Shown: piece by piece, positions 1-7,132 of the stretch
How the letters are laid out: each line of letters begins with the position of its first letter
How positions within the stretch are numbered: position 1 is the first letter of the stretch
From: Candidatus Methylomirabilis sp.
Lineage (GTDB): Bacteria; Methylomirabilota; Methylomirabilia; Methylomirabilales; Methylomirabilaceae
Length of the DNA stretch: 13,326 nucleotides
Direction of reading: 5' to 3'
Assembly: GCA_041498975.1 (NCBI GenBank)
Contig: JBGQJI010000062.1
Coordinates: 1-13,326, forward strand
Translations under genes and position numbers: made by a program
The notes under the pieces: model-generated
The model's database searches: none
The model's input: the letters and a program-made list of their open reading frames with translations, nothing else
Told to the model about the DNA's origin: nothing

Positions 1-757
1 CGACCTCGAGGACCGCCCCGACCCCCTCCGGCAACTCGCTCTGGACCTGCCGCCTCAGGGACGGGCAAAAGGCGGTGTTGGTTGAGGCATTAAGAAATTT
101 GTAGCGCGAGCCGACCTTGCTCCCGCTTCGGACAATGCCGCCCGGGAACGGCATGATGATCCCCTTCACCTGCCGCATCGCCTCGACCGCACGCTCCGCC
201 GCCTGCAACGCAGCCGGAAGCTCATTTCCTAGTAGGAGGAAATTTCCGCCGGCCACCCCTTTCTGCACACCGAAACGGTCCTCCACGATGAACTCTCCGT
301 CCATGACGGGGATCCGCCAAAAGCGTCTCGGGCGGCCCCCATTCCCGATGATCGCAGGGTCCAGGCGCTTGCTGATCTGAAAGCCGTCCCCGAAAAAGCG
401 AAGCTTGCCACCCACTGAGAGTCGGTCCTCCGCTTCCAGGTTGTTGTAACAGGCCGAGGTGGGGGAGGTCATCACACTCTGACCGATCCGTTTGATGAGC
501 TGCTCCTCAACAGCCTTTTTCGACGGCGCGAACAAGAGGACGCTCACACCAGGACGGTCGTCTGGGGTCTCTTCCGGCTCAGGACGCTCGATGCCGACCT
601 CACAGCCACAGCCGATGACCGACGTGCCGAAGCCGGCCATGCTTCTGGCCGCCTCCAACGCCCACTCCTTGCTGATGGCAGTGATCAGCACGCGGCTGGC
701 GTACATGGTGAACGCTTCGGCATACGTCTCATCAATCGGAACGCCGTTGATTTCCAT
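1..757 (-). CDS. fhcD: Formylmethanofuran:H4MPT formyltransferase (Ftr / FhcD), 3' end outside the window
   Basis: Not in the ORF track because it has no stop in the window; translated by hand from ATG 757, with GGAG 6 nt upstream: MEINGVPIDETYAEAFTMYASRVLITA...GFGTSVIGCGCEVGIE...ETPDDRPGVSVL...RFFGDGFQISK...WRIPVMDGEF...GVAGGNFLLLG...PFPGGIVRSGSKVGSRYKFLNASTN. These are hallmark Ftr motifs, and it follows fhcA as in fhcBADC. Confidence 0.96.
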   Translation of the reverse strand, partial: MEINGVPIDETYAEAFTMYASRVLITAISKEWALEAARSMAGFGTSVIGCGCEVGIERPEPEETPDDRPGVSVLLFAPSKKAVEEQLIKRIGQSVMTSPTSACYNNLEAEDRLSVGGKLRFFGDGFQISKRLDPAIIGNGGRPRRFWRIPVMDGEFIVEDRFGVQKGVAGGNFLLLGNELPAALQAAERAVEAMRQVKGIIMPFPGGIVRSGSKVGSRYKFLNASTNTAFCPSLRRQVQSELPEGVGAVLEV

Positions 758-773
758 GTGAGCTCCGTCAAAC

Positions 774-818
774 TCCCCCTCACCCCCGCCCAGAGGGGAG
801 AAGGAGGGGAGAGGGGGG
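774..818. repeat. Short imperfect palindrome of the CCCCTCACCCC...GGGGAGAGGGG REP-like type
   Basis: TCCCCCTCACCCC (774-786) is near-complementary to GGGGAGAGGGGGG ending at 818. It resembles a widespread intergenic repeat class; copy number cannot be assessed from one window. Confidence 0.5.
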
Positions 819-864
819 CAGGCGAGCGGCTATCCAAAGCGAACGAATCAGGTGTTGTTACATT

Positions 865-957
865 GTCATTGCGAGCGACCAAAGGGAGCGCGGCAATCTC
901 GCCTACCTCATCTGCAGTCCTGCGAGATTGCTTCGTCGCTTCGCTTCTCGCAATGAC
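865..957. repeat. Palindromic REP/MITE-like element (GTCATTGCGAG...CTCGCAATGAC type)
   Basis: Perfect 11-bp terminal inverted repeat (865-875 / 947-957) and nested perfect 10-bp inverted repeat GCAATCTCGC (893-902) / GCGAGATTGC (922-931), lying between fhcA and fhcD. Confidence 0.8.
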
Positions 958-982
958 GCTTTCATTAATGCGTTTGTAACAG

Positions 983-2632
983 TTAGCGAGCGGCTCCTGC
1001 GGGGATCGCCTCGCGGTTGGGGATGTCCTGGATGTCGATCGCGAAGTTCTCGTACTCGATCGTGTAGAAGTTCTCGAACTCGGCCTTGAATTCGGGCTCC
1101 ATCTCGCCCACGTCTGGCGGGACGACGAACAGGGTCTTCCCTAGCCGACTGTCAACGAGCTCGCCTTCCCGCAGGACGATTTCCCCGTCCTTAAGAACAT
1201 ACACAGGGTGCTCGAACATCCGCTCCCGGTCGCTATCCTTGGGATAGATGGTGATGTCGGCATCCGCTCCAACGCCTAAATGCCCCTTGCGCTCGAGGCC
1301 CAAGGCCCTGGCCGGGCCAGCCCGGGTGATGATGGCGATCTCGGAAAGCGTGTACTCGCGATCGAGGTTCGGGAGGGTGGTGTCCGACAGCACCCGCTTG
1401 TGCACACGCTTCATCATCTCGGCGCGGAATTCCTTATCCATGAGCAGCTTGATGATCCAGGGGTAGAAGATGAATGGGCCGCCGTTGGGATGATCGGTTG
1501 ACAGGAACACCCGCCACGGGTCACGGATCAGCAGGAAGAGCTCGAGCCCGATGGCCCACTGGATAGCATTCACATAGTGTTTCTCCCGATAGGTATACGG
1601 GACGATGCCGCACCCCGTCTCTACTTCTACGTCCGCGTTATACCATTTGTTCTTGCTCAGCTTATATAGCCTGTACTGCCAGGGCCCGTCCGCCGTGATG
1701 GTGGTGGCGTCTCCGAACACGACCTGGCCGATATCCGTCGTGACGTGCGGATGGGCGTTGATATATTCGGCCACCTCTGCCGCCTTGGAGCAGAACCCGC
1801 CCCAGTTCTCGCCGCCGTAGCTATGGAACTGGAGATGCGCCATGTGAAGTCTGGAGCCTTCGAGGGTCCGCATCGTCTCAAGCGTGGTCAGGTAGTTGTT
1901 GGGAATGCCCAGGCGGTTGGCGTGCAGGTGGATCGGATGGGGCAGCCCAAGGCTTTCGTTGACCCAGGCCAGGGCCTTCAGGATCTGGCGCGGCGTGACA
2001 TCGAAGTAGTAGACCTTGTCATCCAGCCCTTCCACGTCCTTGCCATATTTCCATTGCTCGACCCCGCCCGGATTGACCAGCTTGATGCCGTAACCCTTGA
2101 GTGACCGGAGGAGCCAGGCGACGTATCGCTTGACCTTCTCCAGCTCGCCCGCCTTGAGGTATTTCAAAACGATCTCGTTGTTCCCCATGAGGATATACAG
2201 CCCCTTGTCCACGATCGGGATGTCCATTAACTCTTCATGGGTGTGGCGGACACCGATGGGAGCATTGGCTGCCTCCATCACCGTGGTGTAGCCCATCCTG
2301 GTGTAGAGATAGCCGGTTGCAAAGGTGGACGGGACCGTAAAGCCGACGCCGGACCTGAAGCCTGGTTTCTTCGCAAACACCGCATGCCTATGGTCTTCCG
2401 GCCTGAAGCCGCGGGCCGCGTTGACGGCAGGGCTGCCAATGTGAGTATGGATATCAACCCCGCCCGGCATGACCACCAGGTTCGTCGCGTCAATCACCTC
2501 GGCGGGCGACTTGCATGAGTCTACGATCTTGCCGTCCTCAATACAGATCTCTTTGACGGCGCCATTGATGCCGTTCGCGGGATCATAGACTTCGCCGCCT
2601 ACGATTTTGAGGGAATGTCCTATCACACTCAA
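983..2632 (-). CDS. fhcA: Formylmethanofuran dehydrogenase / formyltransferase-hydrolase complex subunit A (binuclear amidohydrolase)
   Basis: 549 aa with DIHTH, GYTTVMEA, GIKLVNPGG (carboxylated Lys position), HLHAN, HMAHLQFHSYG, ETGCGIVP, QWAIGLEL and STDHPNGGPF. The TTG start overlaps the TGA stop of subunit B (TTGA); GTG at 2626 is an alternative start. Confidence 0.96.
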   Translation of the reverse strand: MSVIGHSLKIVGGEVYDPANGINGAVKEICIEDGKIVDSCKSPAEVIDATNLVVMPGGVDIHTHIGSPAVNAARGFRPEDHRHAVFAKKPGFRSGVGFTVPSTFATGYLYTRMGYTTVMEAANAPIGVRHTHEELMDIPIVDKGLYILMGNNEIVLKYLKAGELEKVKRYVAWLLRSLKGYGIKLVNPGGVEQWKYGKDVEGLDDKVYYFDVTPRQILKALAWVNESLGLPHPIHLHANRLGIPNNYLTTLETMRTLEGSRLHMAHLQFHSYGGENWGGFCSKAAEVAEYINAHPHVTTDIGQVVFGDATTITADGPWQYRLYKLSKNKWYNADVEVETGCGIVPYTYREKHYVNAIQWAIGLELFLLIRDPWRVFLSTDHPNGGPFIFYPWIIKLLMDKEFRAEMMKRVHKRVLSDTTLPNLDREYTLSEIAIITRAGPARALGLERKGHLGVGADADITIYPKDSDRERMFEHPVYVLKDGEIVLREGELVDSRLGKTLFVVPPDVGEMEPEFKAEFENFYTIEYENFAIDIQDIPNREAIPAGAAR

Positions 2633-3975
2633 CCCCTGGCTTTGCCGGCTGGCACGCGACCGCCGTTCCCGGCGCTTTTTATGGCCACGACCTTCGCGAT
2701 GATCCGCTCCAGGACCTCGCGGTCCGACGGGTAGGGCGAGTCAACCACCTTCTTCATGACAAGGGGGATGTGGTCCATCCTGTACGCCATCCCCCCGGCG
2801 GCGATGCCGGCCTGAGCCGTCGGGATCACCACCGTGGCAACCTTGGTCGTCTCGCTCTCCTTGGGATCGATAGCAATCATCGGAATCGACTGCAGATGCT
2901 CGGCCATCTTGGCCGGAAAGTTCCCGATGGCGTCGGCTGCTAGGATCATCGCAGCATCCACCTCTCCGTGGGCCAACAGATCGGCCACGGAGTACTCACC
3001 CGGGTTGAAACGAGGATAGCCGCGGCTCATGTTCACCGCAAACGGATAACCAGTTTGCCACGTCAGCACCTGGGCCATTCCCACCACGTTGCCATGACCC
3101 CTCATCGGCGCAGCCAGGAACTTGGTGAACCGATTGAGATCCTGGGTCAGCATCAGGAGCGCAACAACGTTCAGATACTTGCCCCGGCTCATGGTCAGAC
3201 CCATCCCCCAATAGAGGATCCCGAATTTGCTGGTCTTCATCTTCTCCAGGAGGGTCTTCCACTCGTCGATCGCCACTCCGCCCACCTCGGCTTGATCCAG
3301 CTCGTGGCCCTTGAGCATGGCCCTGAGGGCAGAGAACACCTCGTAGTCGGAATTCGGCTTGATCTGGATGAAGGCGTCGGCCATCCGTGTCGTCGGTGTG
3401 GGCCTGACGTCCACGTTGATGATCATCCGGTCCTTCTTTCCCTTTGGGGTGAACAGCCCCTTGGCCGTCACCGAGTAGCGGCTGGGATGCCTGGGATGAG
3501 CTTCCGCAGGGTTGCACCCCCAGAAGATGATCAGATCGGCGCGGTTCTTCACCTCTCCCACAGTGCAACTGGAGATGCCGACCGTCTGGACCGCCTGCAG
3601 GCTCGGGGCGTGGCAGACCGACGAGGTGTGATCGATGTTCGCCCCGATCAGATCGGCCAGCTCGATCGATTTGCGCTGCGCGTTCAGCTCGGTCGAGTCG
3701 AGCCCATATATCAGAGGGTACTTGGCTTTTGCCAATATCTCCGCTGCCGCGTCGATGCACTCATCTATGGTCGCCGGCTTCCCCTTGATCCTCGGTGTGG
3801 CCCAACCCTCCAAGTGATGCATGAACGTGTCCTTGCCAAGGACACAAGCGTTCTTGACATCCTTGATCTTGCCGTCCACCACATGGACTTCCAGGTCATC
3901 GCAGAGGACGCCACAGAACGGGCAGGTCACCCCTTCGACGACTCGTAGCTCTTTCACGCCAACGCTCTCAGCCAT
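2629..3975 (-). CDS. fwdB: Formylmethanofuran dehydrogenase subunit B (Mo/W-bis-PGD catalytic subunit, FwdB/FmdB; FhcB homologue)
   Basis: 448 aa from ATG 3975, which overlaps the fwdD stop; the longer ORF to 4074 lies inside fwdD. Motifs: CPFCGVLCDD..NAC, DHTSSVCHAP, GEVKNRADLIIFWGCNPAEAHPRH, PMRGHGNVVG, TWQTGYPFAV, YRMDHIP. Confidence 0.95.
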   Translation of the reverse strand: MAESVGVKELRVVEGVTCPFCGVLCDDLEVHVVDGKIKDVKNACVLGKDTFMHHLEGWATPRIKGKPATIDECIDAAAEILAKAKYPLIYGLDSTELNAQRKSIELADLIGANIDHTSSVCHAPSLQAVQTVGISSCTVGEVKNRADLIIFWGCNPAEAHPRHPSRYSVTAKGLFTPKGKKDRMIINVDVRPTPTTRMADAFIQIKPNSDYEVFSALRAMLKGHELDQAEVGGVAIDEWKTLLEKMKTSKFGILYWGMGLTMSRGKYLNVVALLMLTQDLNRFTKFLAAPMRGHGNVVGMAQVLTWQTGYPFAVNMSRGYPRFNPGEYSVADLLAHGEVDAAMILAADAIGNFPAKMAEHLQSIPMIAIDPKESETTKVATVVIPTAQAGIAAGGMAYRMDHIPLVMKKVVDSPYPSDREVLERIIAKVVAIKSAGNGGRVPAGKARG

Positions 3976-4306
3976 AGCGCTCAACTTCCACCTCCATCCC
4001 TTTCGAATCCGGCATCCCGGTCGCCTGGGTATCCGGGCCGACGAGTGCGTTGATGAATCCCCCGTAGGCGGCAAAGACCAGGCCCTGGGGGATATCTCCC
4101 TTCTTCAATTTGAGCACTGTCGAGCCGTATTGCGTTCTGAGCCGAACCTGATCCCCGTCATGAAGCTGCAAGGCTTCGATGTCCTTCGGATTCATCTGCA
4201 GGGTCGAGGTCTCCTCGAGGAATTCCTTGGCCTCTTTCCCGAGATGGACGGACCTTCCCTGCCTCGTCGTTCGGCCGGTGATCAATGTGAACCGTCTTTC
4301 AAGCAC
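3968..4306 (-). CDS. fwdD: Formylmethanofuran dehydrogenase subunit D (molybdopterin dinucleotide-binding domain)
   Basis: LITGRTTRQG, MNPKDIEALQLHDGDQVRLRT, GDIPQGLVF, INALV and TGMPDSKG match FwdD. Start placed at GTG 4306 because AGGAG lies 10 nt upstream; about 112 aa. Confidence 0.9.
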   Translation of the reverse strand: MLERRFTLITGRTTRQGRSVHLGKEAKEFLEETSTLQMNPKDIEALQLHDGDQVRLRTQYGSTVLKLKKGDIPQGLVFAAYGGFINALVGPDTQATGMPDSKGMEVEVERYG

Positions 4307-4342
4307 CTGGGGCTCACTCCTATCCACGAACAGAATTCTGGC

Positions 4343-4367
4343 ACAAACAAATCGGCCCAATAGGCCG
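4343..4367 (-). terminator. Weak intrinsic terminator or attenuator-like hairpin upstream of fwdD
   Basis: The minus strand reads CGGCC-TATTG-GGCCG followed by ATTTGTTTGT: a short stem with an interrupted U tract. Confidence 0.3.
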
Positions 4368-4458
4368 GTCCGGATTCAGATGCCTCGCAGCCAGGCCGAC
4401 CGAATCGGCGGCTTCCTTGAGCCTCAGTGCCGCGCGTTCGCAGACTCGGTTCCGGACA

Positions 4459-5190
4459 TCAGATCCCTTTCCCGTAGACGGGAATGACCTGGCCGGTGAT
4501 CCCATCGGACGCCTCGGAAGCCAGGAAGGCAGCGACGTTGGCCACCGCGTCCAGGCTGACCCACTTCTTGACCAGATCTTCGGGCGAAGGTTTCATCATC
4601 TCGACGTTCGACTTGGTCTCGACCAGCCCAGGCGCGATGGCATTGACATGAATATTGAACTTCTTCAGCTCCTGGGCAAGGGTCTTCGTCAGGGCCACGA
4701 CGCCGGCCTTCGCGCAGTTGTACGCCGCCATCTGGGCCATCGGTGTCAACGCGCCCACTGAGGCGAAGTTGATGATCTTTCCAGACTTCGCCCTGGTCAT
4801 GTGGGGGATAACCGCCTTGGAACAGAGAAAAGTGGTCGTCAGGTTGTTATGAAGCTCGTCCGTCCAATCTTTGATAGAGAGCTCCACCGCCGGACCGTAT
4901 TTGGTCAACCCCCCGGCCAGGTTGATGAGCACATCAATCTTTCCATACTCGGCCAACGCGCGCTCAGGCAGCCTCGCCACCTCCGCCTCCGACGTGCCGT
5001 CCACGCCAACCCCGATCGCCCGGCCACCTGCGGCTCTTATCGTTTCAGCAACTCGCTGGGTGTTCGCCTCAGTCCTGGCGCTCACGACGAGATTCGCGCC
5101 CTCCCGAGCGAAAGCCCTGGCCAGGAATTCCCCCACCTGGCCCTCGCGGCTCGCGCCGGTCACGATGACGACTTTCCCCTGAATCCCCAT
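4459..5190 (-). CDS. Short-chain dehydrogenase/reductase (SDR family NAD(P)-dependent oxidoreductase)
   Basis: 243 aa; VTGASREGQVG Gly-rich loop, NLAGG, catalytic Ser (FAS), YNCAK, VNAIAPG, ITGQVIPVYG. AAGGA lies 7 nt upstream of the ATG. Confidence 0.93.
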   Translation of the reverse strand: MGIQGKVVIVTGASREGQVGEFLARAFAREGANLVVSARTEANTQRVAETIRAAGGRAIGVGVDGTSEAEVARLPERALAEYGKIDVLINLAGGLTKYGPAVELSIKDWTDELHNNLTTTFLCSKAVIPHMTRAKSGKIINFASVGALTPMAQMAAYNCAKAGVVALTKTLAQELKKFNIHVNAIAPGLVETKSNVEMMKPSPEDLVKKWVSLDAVANVAAFLASEASDGITGQVIPVYGKGI

Positions 5191-5265
5191 CCCAGGTCCT
5201 TTTCTCAGGCCAGTGCCGGTTCAACCTCGTTGTTCCACCTGTGGTGTTCCCACGGCGCCAGCCGC

Positions 5266-6150
5266 TTACGCGGAAAGGCGCCTCCTCGCGATCTCCAGGG
5301 CCGAATTCTCATCGAGCACCACGAACTTGTCGGAGGTCCGGATCGTCTCGAGCATCTCGATCTCGACGTCATACTTCAACACGCCTATGGCGAGAGCTCC
5401 GATCCCCCTGATGCCCGGGGCGATCTCCTTCATGTCATCGTCCACCTTGAGGGAATGGATGCCGGTAGGAGGCACGGCATTCACATCCGCCACGTAGGTG
5501 CCGGGCCGAAGCGTTTTCAGGACTGCCTCGGAAATCATCTCGATCCCCGCCTTGCCGGTGGTCAGGATCAAATTCACGTCACGCAGGTGCGAGATTTTAT
5601 CTTCGTCCGTCGCCATCTGGACGCCCCTGACAACCCCGCCCGTGCGCTCTGAAAGCTGCTGCCCCAATTTTTGCACTTCGGCCGGCCGGCGGGAACCGAT
5701 GATCACTTCACTGCCCTGCTTCGCGCACAGCGTAGCCGCGACCCTCCCGACCGGTCCGGTCCCTCCCGGGATCGCCACCTTCTTTCCCTTGAGCCCTCCC
5801 AACGCCTTGTCCACTTTAGCGACAAGGGATACGGCAGTGGTGTAGGCCCCTTTTGGATCGACCATCATCGAGCACTGGAATGGCGGGAACATGTTCTTGA
5901 CGGCCGTCTGTCGAATCCGTTCAGCAAGATCCTCGTCGTTGCCGCCGATGAGGATCGCCGTGTACTTGGCCCCCTTCGGGCCTCTGGAGAAAATAATGTC
6001 CTGGACCAGGAGCGCCGCCGACTCTTCGGTCACACGCCCGTAAGGAATCACGGCATGGAAGCCGGCGTCATAGGCCATGTTGACATCAAACGGACTGGGA
6101 TGCTCTTCATTGGTCAAAAAATAGAGCAGATGTTTTCGTTCCGTTGCCAT
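5266..6150 (-). CDS. mtdB: NAD(P)-dependent methylene-H4MPT dehydrogenase, MtdB-like
   Basis: 294 aa; SPFDVNMAYDAG, VQDIIFSRGP, DPKGAYTTA, GGTGPVG, DVNAVPPTGI, GIGALAIGVLKY. The N-terminal motifs resemble MtdB more than MtdA. GAGGT RBS present. The subfamily call is by recall. Confidence 0.9.
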   Translation of the reverse strand: MATERKHLLYFLTNEEHPSPFDVNMAYDAGFHAVIPYGRVTEESAALLVQDIIFSRGPKGAKYTAILIGGNDEDLAERIRQTAVKNMFPPFQCSMMVDPKGAYTTAVSLVAKVDKALGGLKGKKVAIPGGTGPVGRVAATLCAKQGSEVIIGSRRPAEVQKLGQQLSERTGGVVRGVQMATDEDKISHLRDVNLILTTGKAGIEMISEAVLKTLRPGTYVADVNAVPPTGIHSLKVDDDMKEIAPGIRGIGALAIGVLKYDVEIEMLETIRTSDKFVVLDENSALEIARRRLSA

Positions 6151-6313
6151 AGGACCTCACTGAGGCAATCAACCCGATGCTGGCGGTTGACGATACACTG
6201 TGAACCGTGAACGGCTCACCTTCGGCCCATCCCTCTCCACGCCAGGAGAGCCTGCGACAGACTCAACCCAGCGCGGGCAGGGACGAGGAGAATGCTTGTG
6301 AAGGGCTCGCACG

Positions 6314-6433
6314 GGATGAGCTGAGAAGATCAAAGGAGCTGATGGTCGAGAGAGCGTTCAGCCCGCTCACGGGCCGTTCGCGGTCTCCTCGGACCCGACC
6401 ACCAGCCCCTTCGATGTCTTCGAAGCTCTATCC
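6314..6433 (-). other. Long intergenic RNA hairpin immediately downstream of fae
   Basis: 20-nt arms 6329-6348 / 6396-6415 give 17 Watson-Crick pairs plus 3 G-U pairs on the minus strand. Further pairing extends to about 6314 and 6433, with an apical GCCCG/CGGGC stem at 6361-6374. Confidence 0.7.
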
Positions 6434-6443
6434 GCTGATCGGA

Positions 6444-6938
6444 CTATGCGAATGGATGCTTGGCTTTGTCCTTCTGCGCCAGGATCTCATCCATGGACGG
6501 CCGCTCAGACACCGCTCTCTGGATCGACTCTTTGGTCGCCCGGTAGTTGAAGTCGTAGATCTTCTTATTGTCCGTGGCCTCCCAGTGGATGAACACGCCG
6601 ACAACCACCACCAGGTCTTCAGCGTCCTTCTTTGCGATGACCCCTTCGGAGACGCTGTCAACGACTGCCTTCGCTACAGCCGCCTGGGCGGGACCGAACA
6701 TCTGAACCGCTTGTGTCGCCCCCTTGATGGTCACCTTGTTGAACATCACTGTCGAAGGCTTTGCCGGGACATTCGGGGCCAGCACCGCCAATAGGCCATT
6801 GTGGCCCGCGGTCTGATCGGCGAGGCGACTTGCGAATGCCGCGCCGACTGGACCGTTCTTCGGGCCGATCATCAGGTCGATATGCGCCACCTCATTGCCA
6901 TCACCCACCAACGACTCGCCGACCATGATCTCGCGCAT
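6444..6938 (-). CDS. fae: Formaldehyde-activating enzyme (H4MPT hydro-lyase)
   Basis: 164 aa from ATG 6938 with GGAGG 7 nt upstream. Motifs VGESLVGDGNEVAHIDLMIGP, FNKVTIKG, QMFGPAQAAVA, GVFIHW and terminal HPF are canonical Fae. Confidence 0.97.
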   Translation of the reverse strand: MREIMVGESLVGDGNEVAHIDLMIGPKNGPVGAAFASRLADQTAGHNGLLAVLAPNVPAKPSTVMFNKVTIKGATQAVQMFGPAQAAVAKAVVDSVSEGVIAKKDAEDLVVVVGVFIHWEATDNKKIYDFNYRATKESIQRAVSERPSMDEILAQKDKAKHPFA

Positions 6939-7020
6939 CGGGGATCCTCCCTTCCTCGTTACCGGTTTAGGTTGCCGCCCAGGAAAATTGCTACCGATGT
7001 CCACCCACAAGCACCCTAAT

Positions 7021-7049
7021 TAACTAGTCTAAATGCGCAATCGTGTCAA
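7021..7049 (-). promoter_or_regulatory. Putative sigma70 promoter of the fae cluster
   Basis: Perfect TTGACA (7049-7044), 17-nt spacer, then an imperfect -10 (TAGTTA) in an AT-rich patch about 80 nt upstream of the fae ATG. Confidence 0.45.
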
Positions 7050-7132
7050 CCTTTTTCCCTCCTGAATAGAGGCATTTTGCTATGAATTCAAGTTATGGGT
7101 AGCCCTCCGAGAGGCGGTGTTGTACCCACTGA

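Noticed and set aside
758..979. 73-aa ORF in the fhcA-fhcD spacer
   Set aside because: It is a translation of the two palindromic repeats (PLTPA, RDCFVASLLAMT), antisense to the operon.
3611..3616. Possible selenocysteine at the FwdB metal-ligand position
   Set aside because: The codon is TGC (Cys) followed by CAC (His); there is no in-frame TGA.
2968..3948. 326-aa plus-strand ORF (and the 254-aa alternate-frame ORF at 2996-3760)
   Set aside because: Fully overlaps fwdB and has no recognisable motifs; a typical shadow ORF in GC-rich coding DNA.
3976..4074. N-terminal extension of FwdB shown in the ORF track
   Set aside because: It lies inside fwdD. Likewise the extensions of fae (to 7010), fwdD (to 4360) and the leader ORF (to 12811) were trimmed to RBS-supported starts.
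4801..5652. 283-aa plus-strand ORF across the SDR and mtdB
   Set aside because: Antisense to two well-supported genes, with no family signal.
7096..7128. Terminator after the small exported protein (TGGGTA/TACCCA arms)
   Set aside because: Interrupted stem and no U tract; insufficient support.
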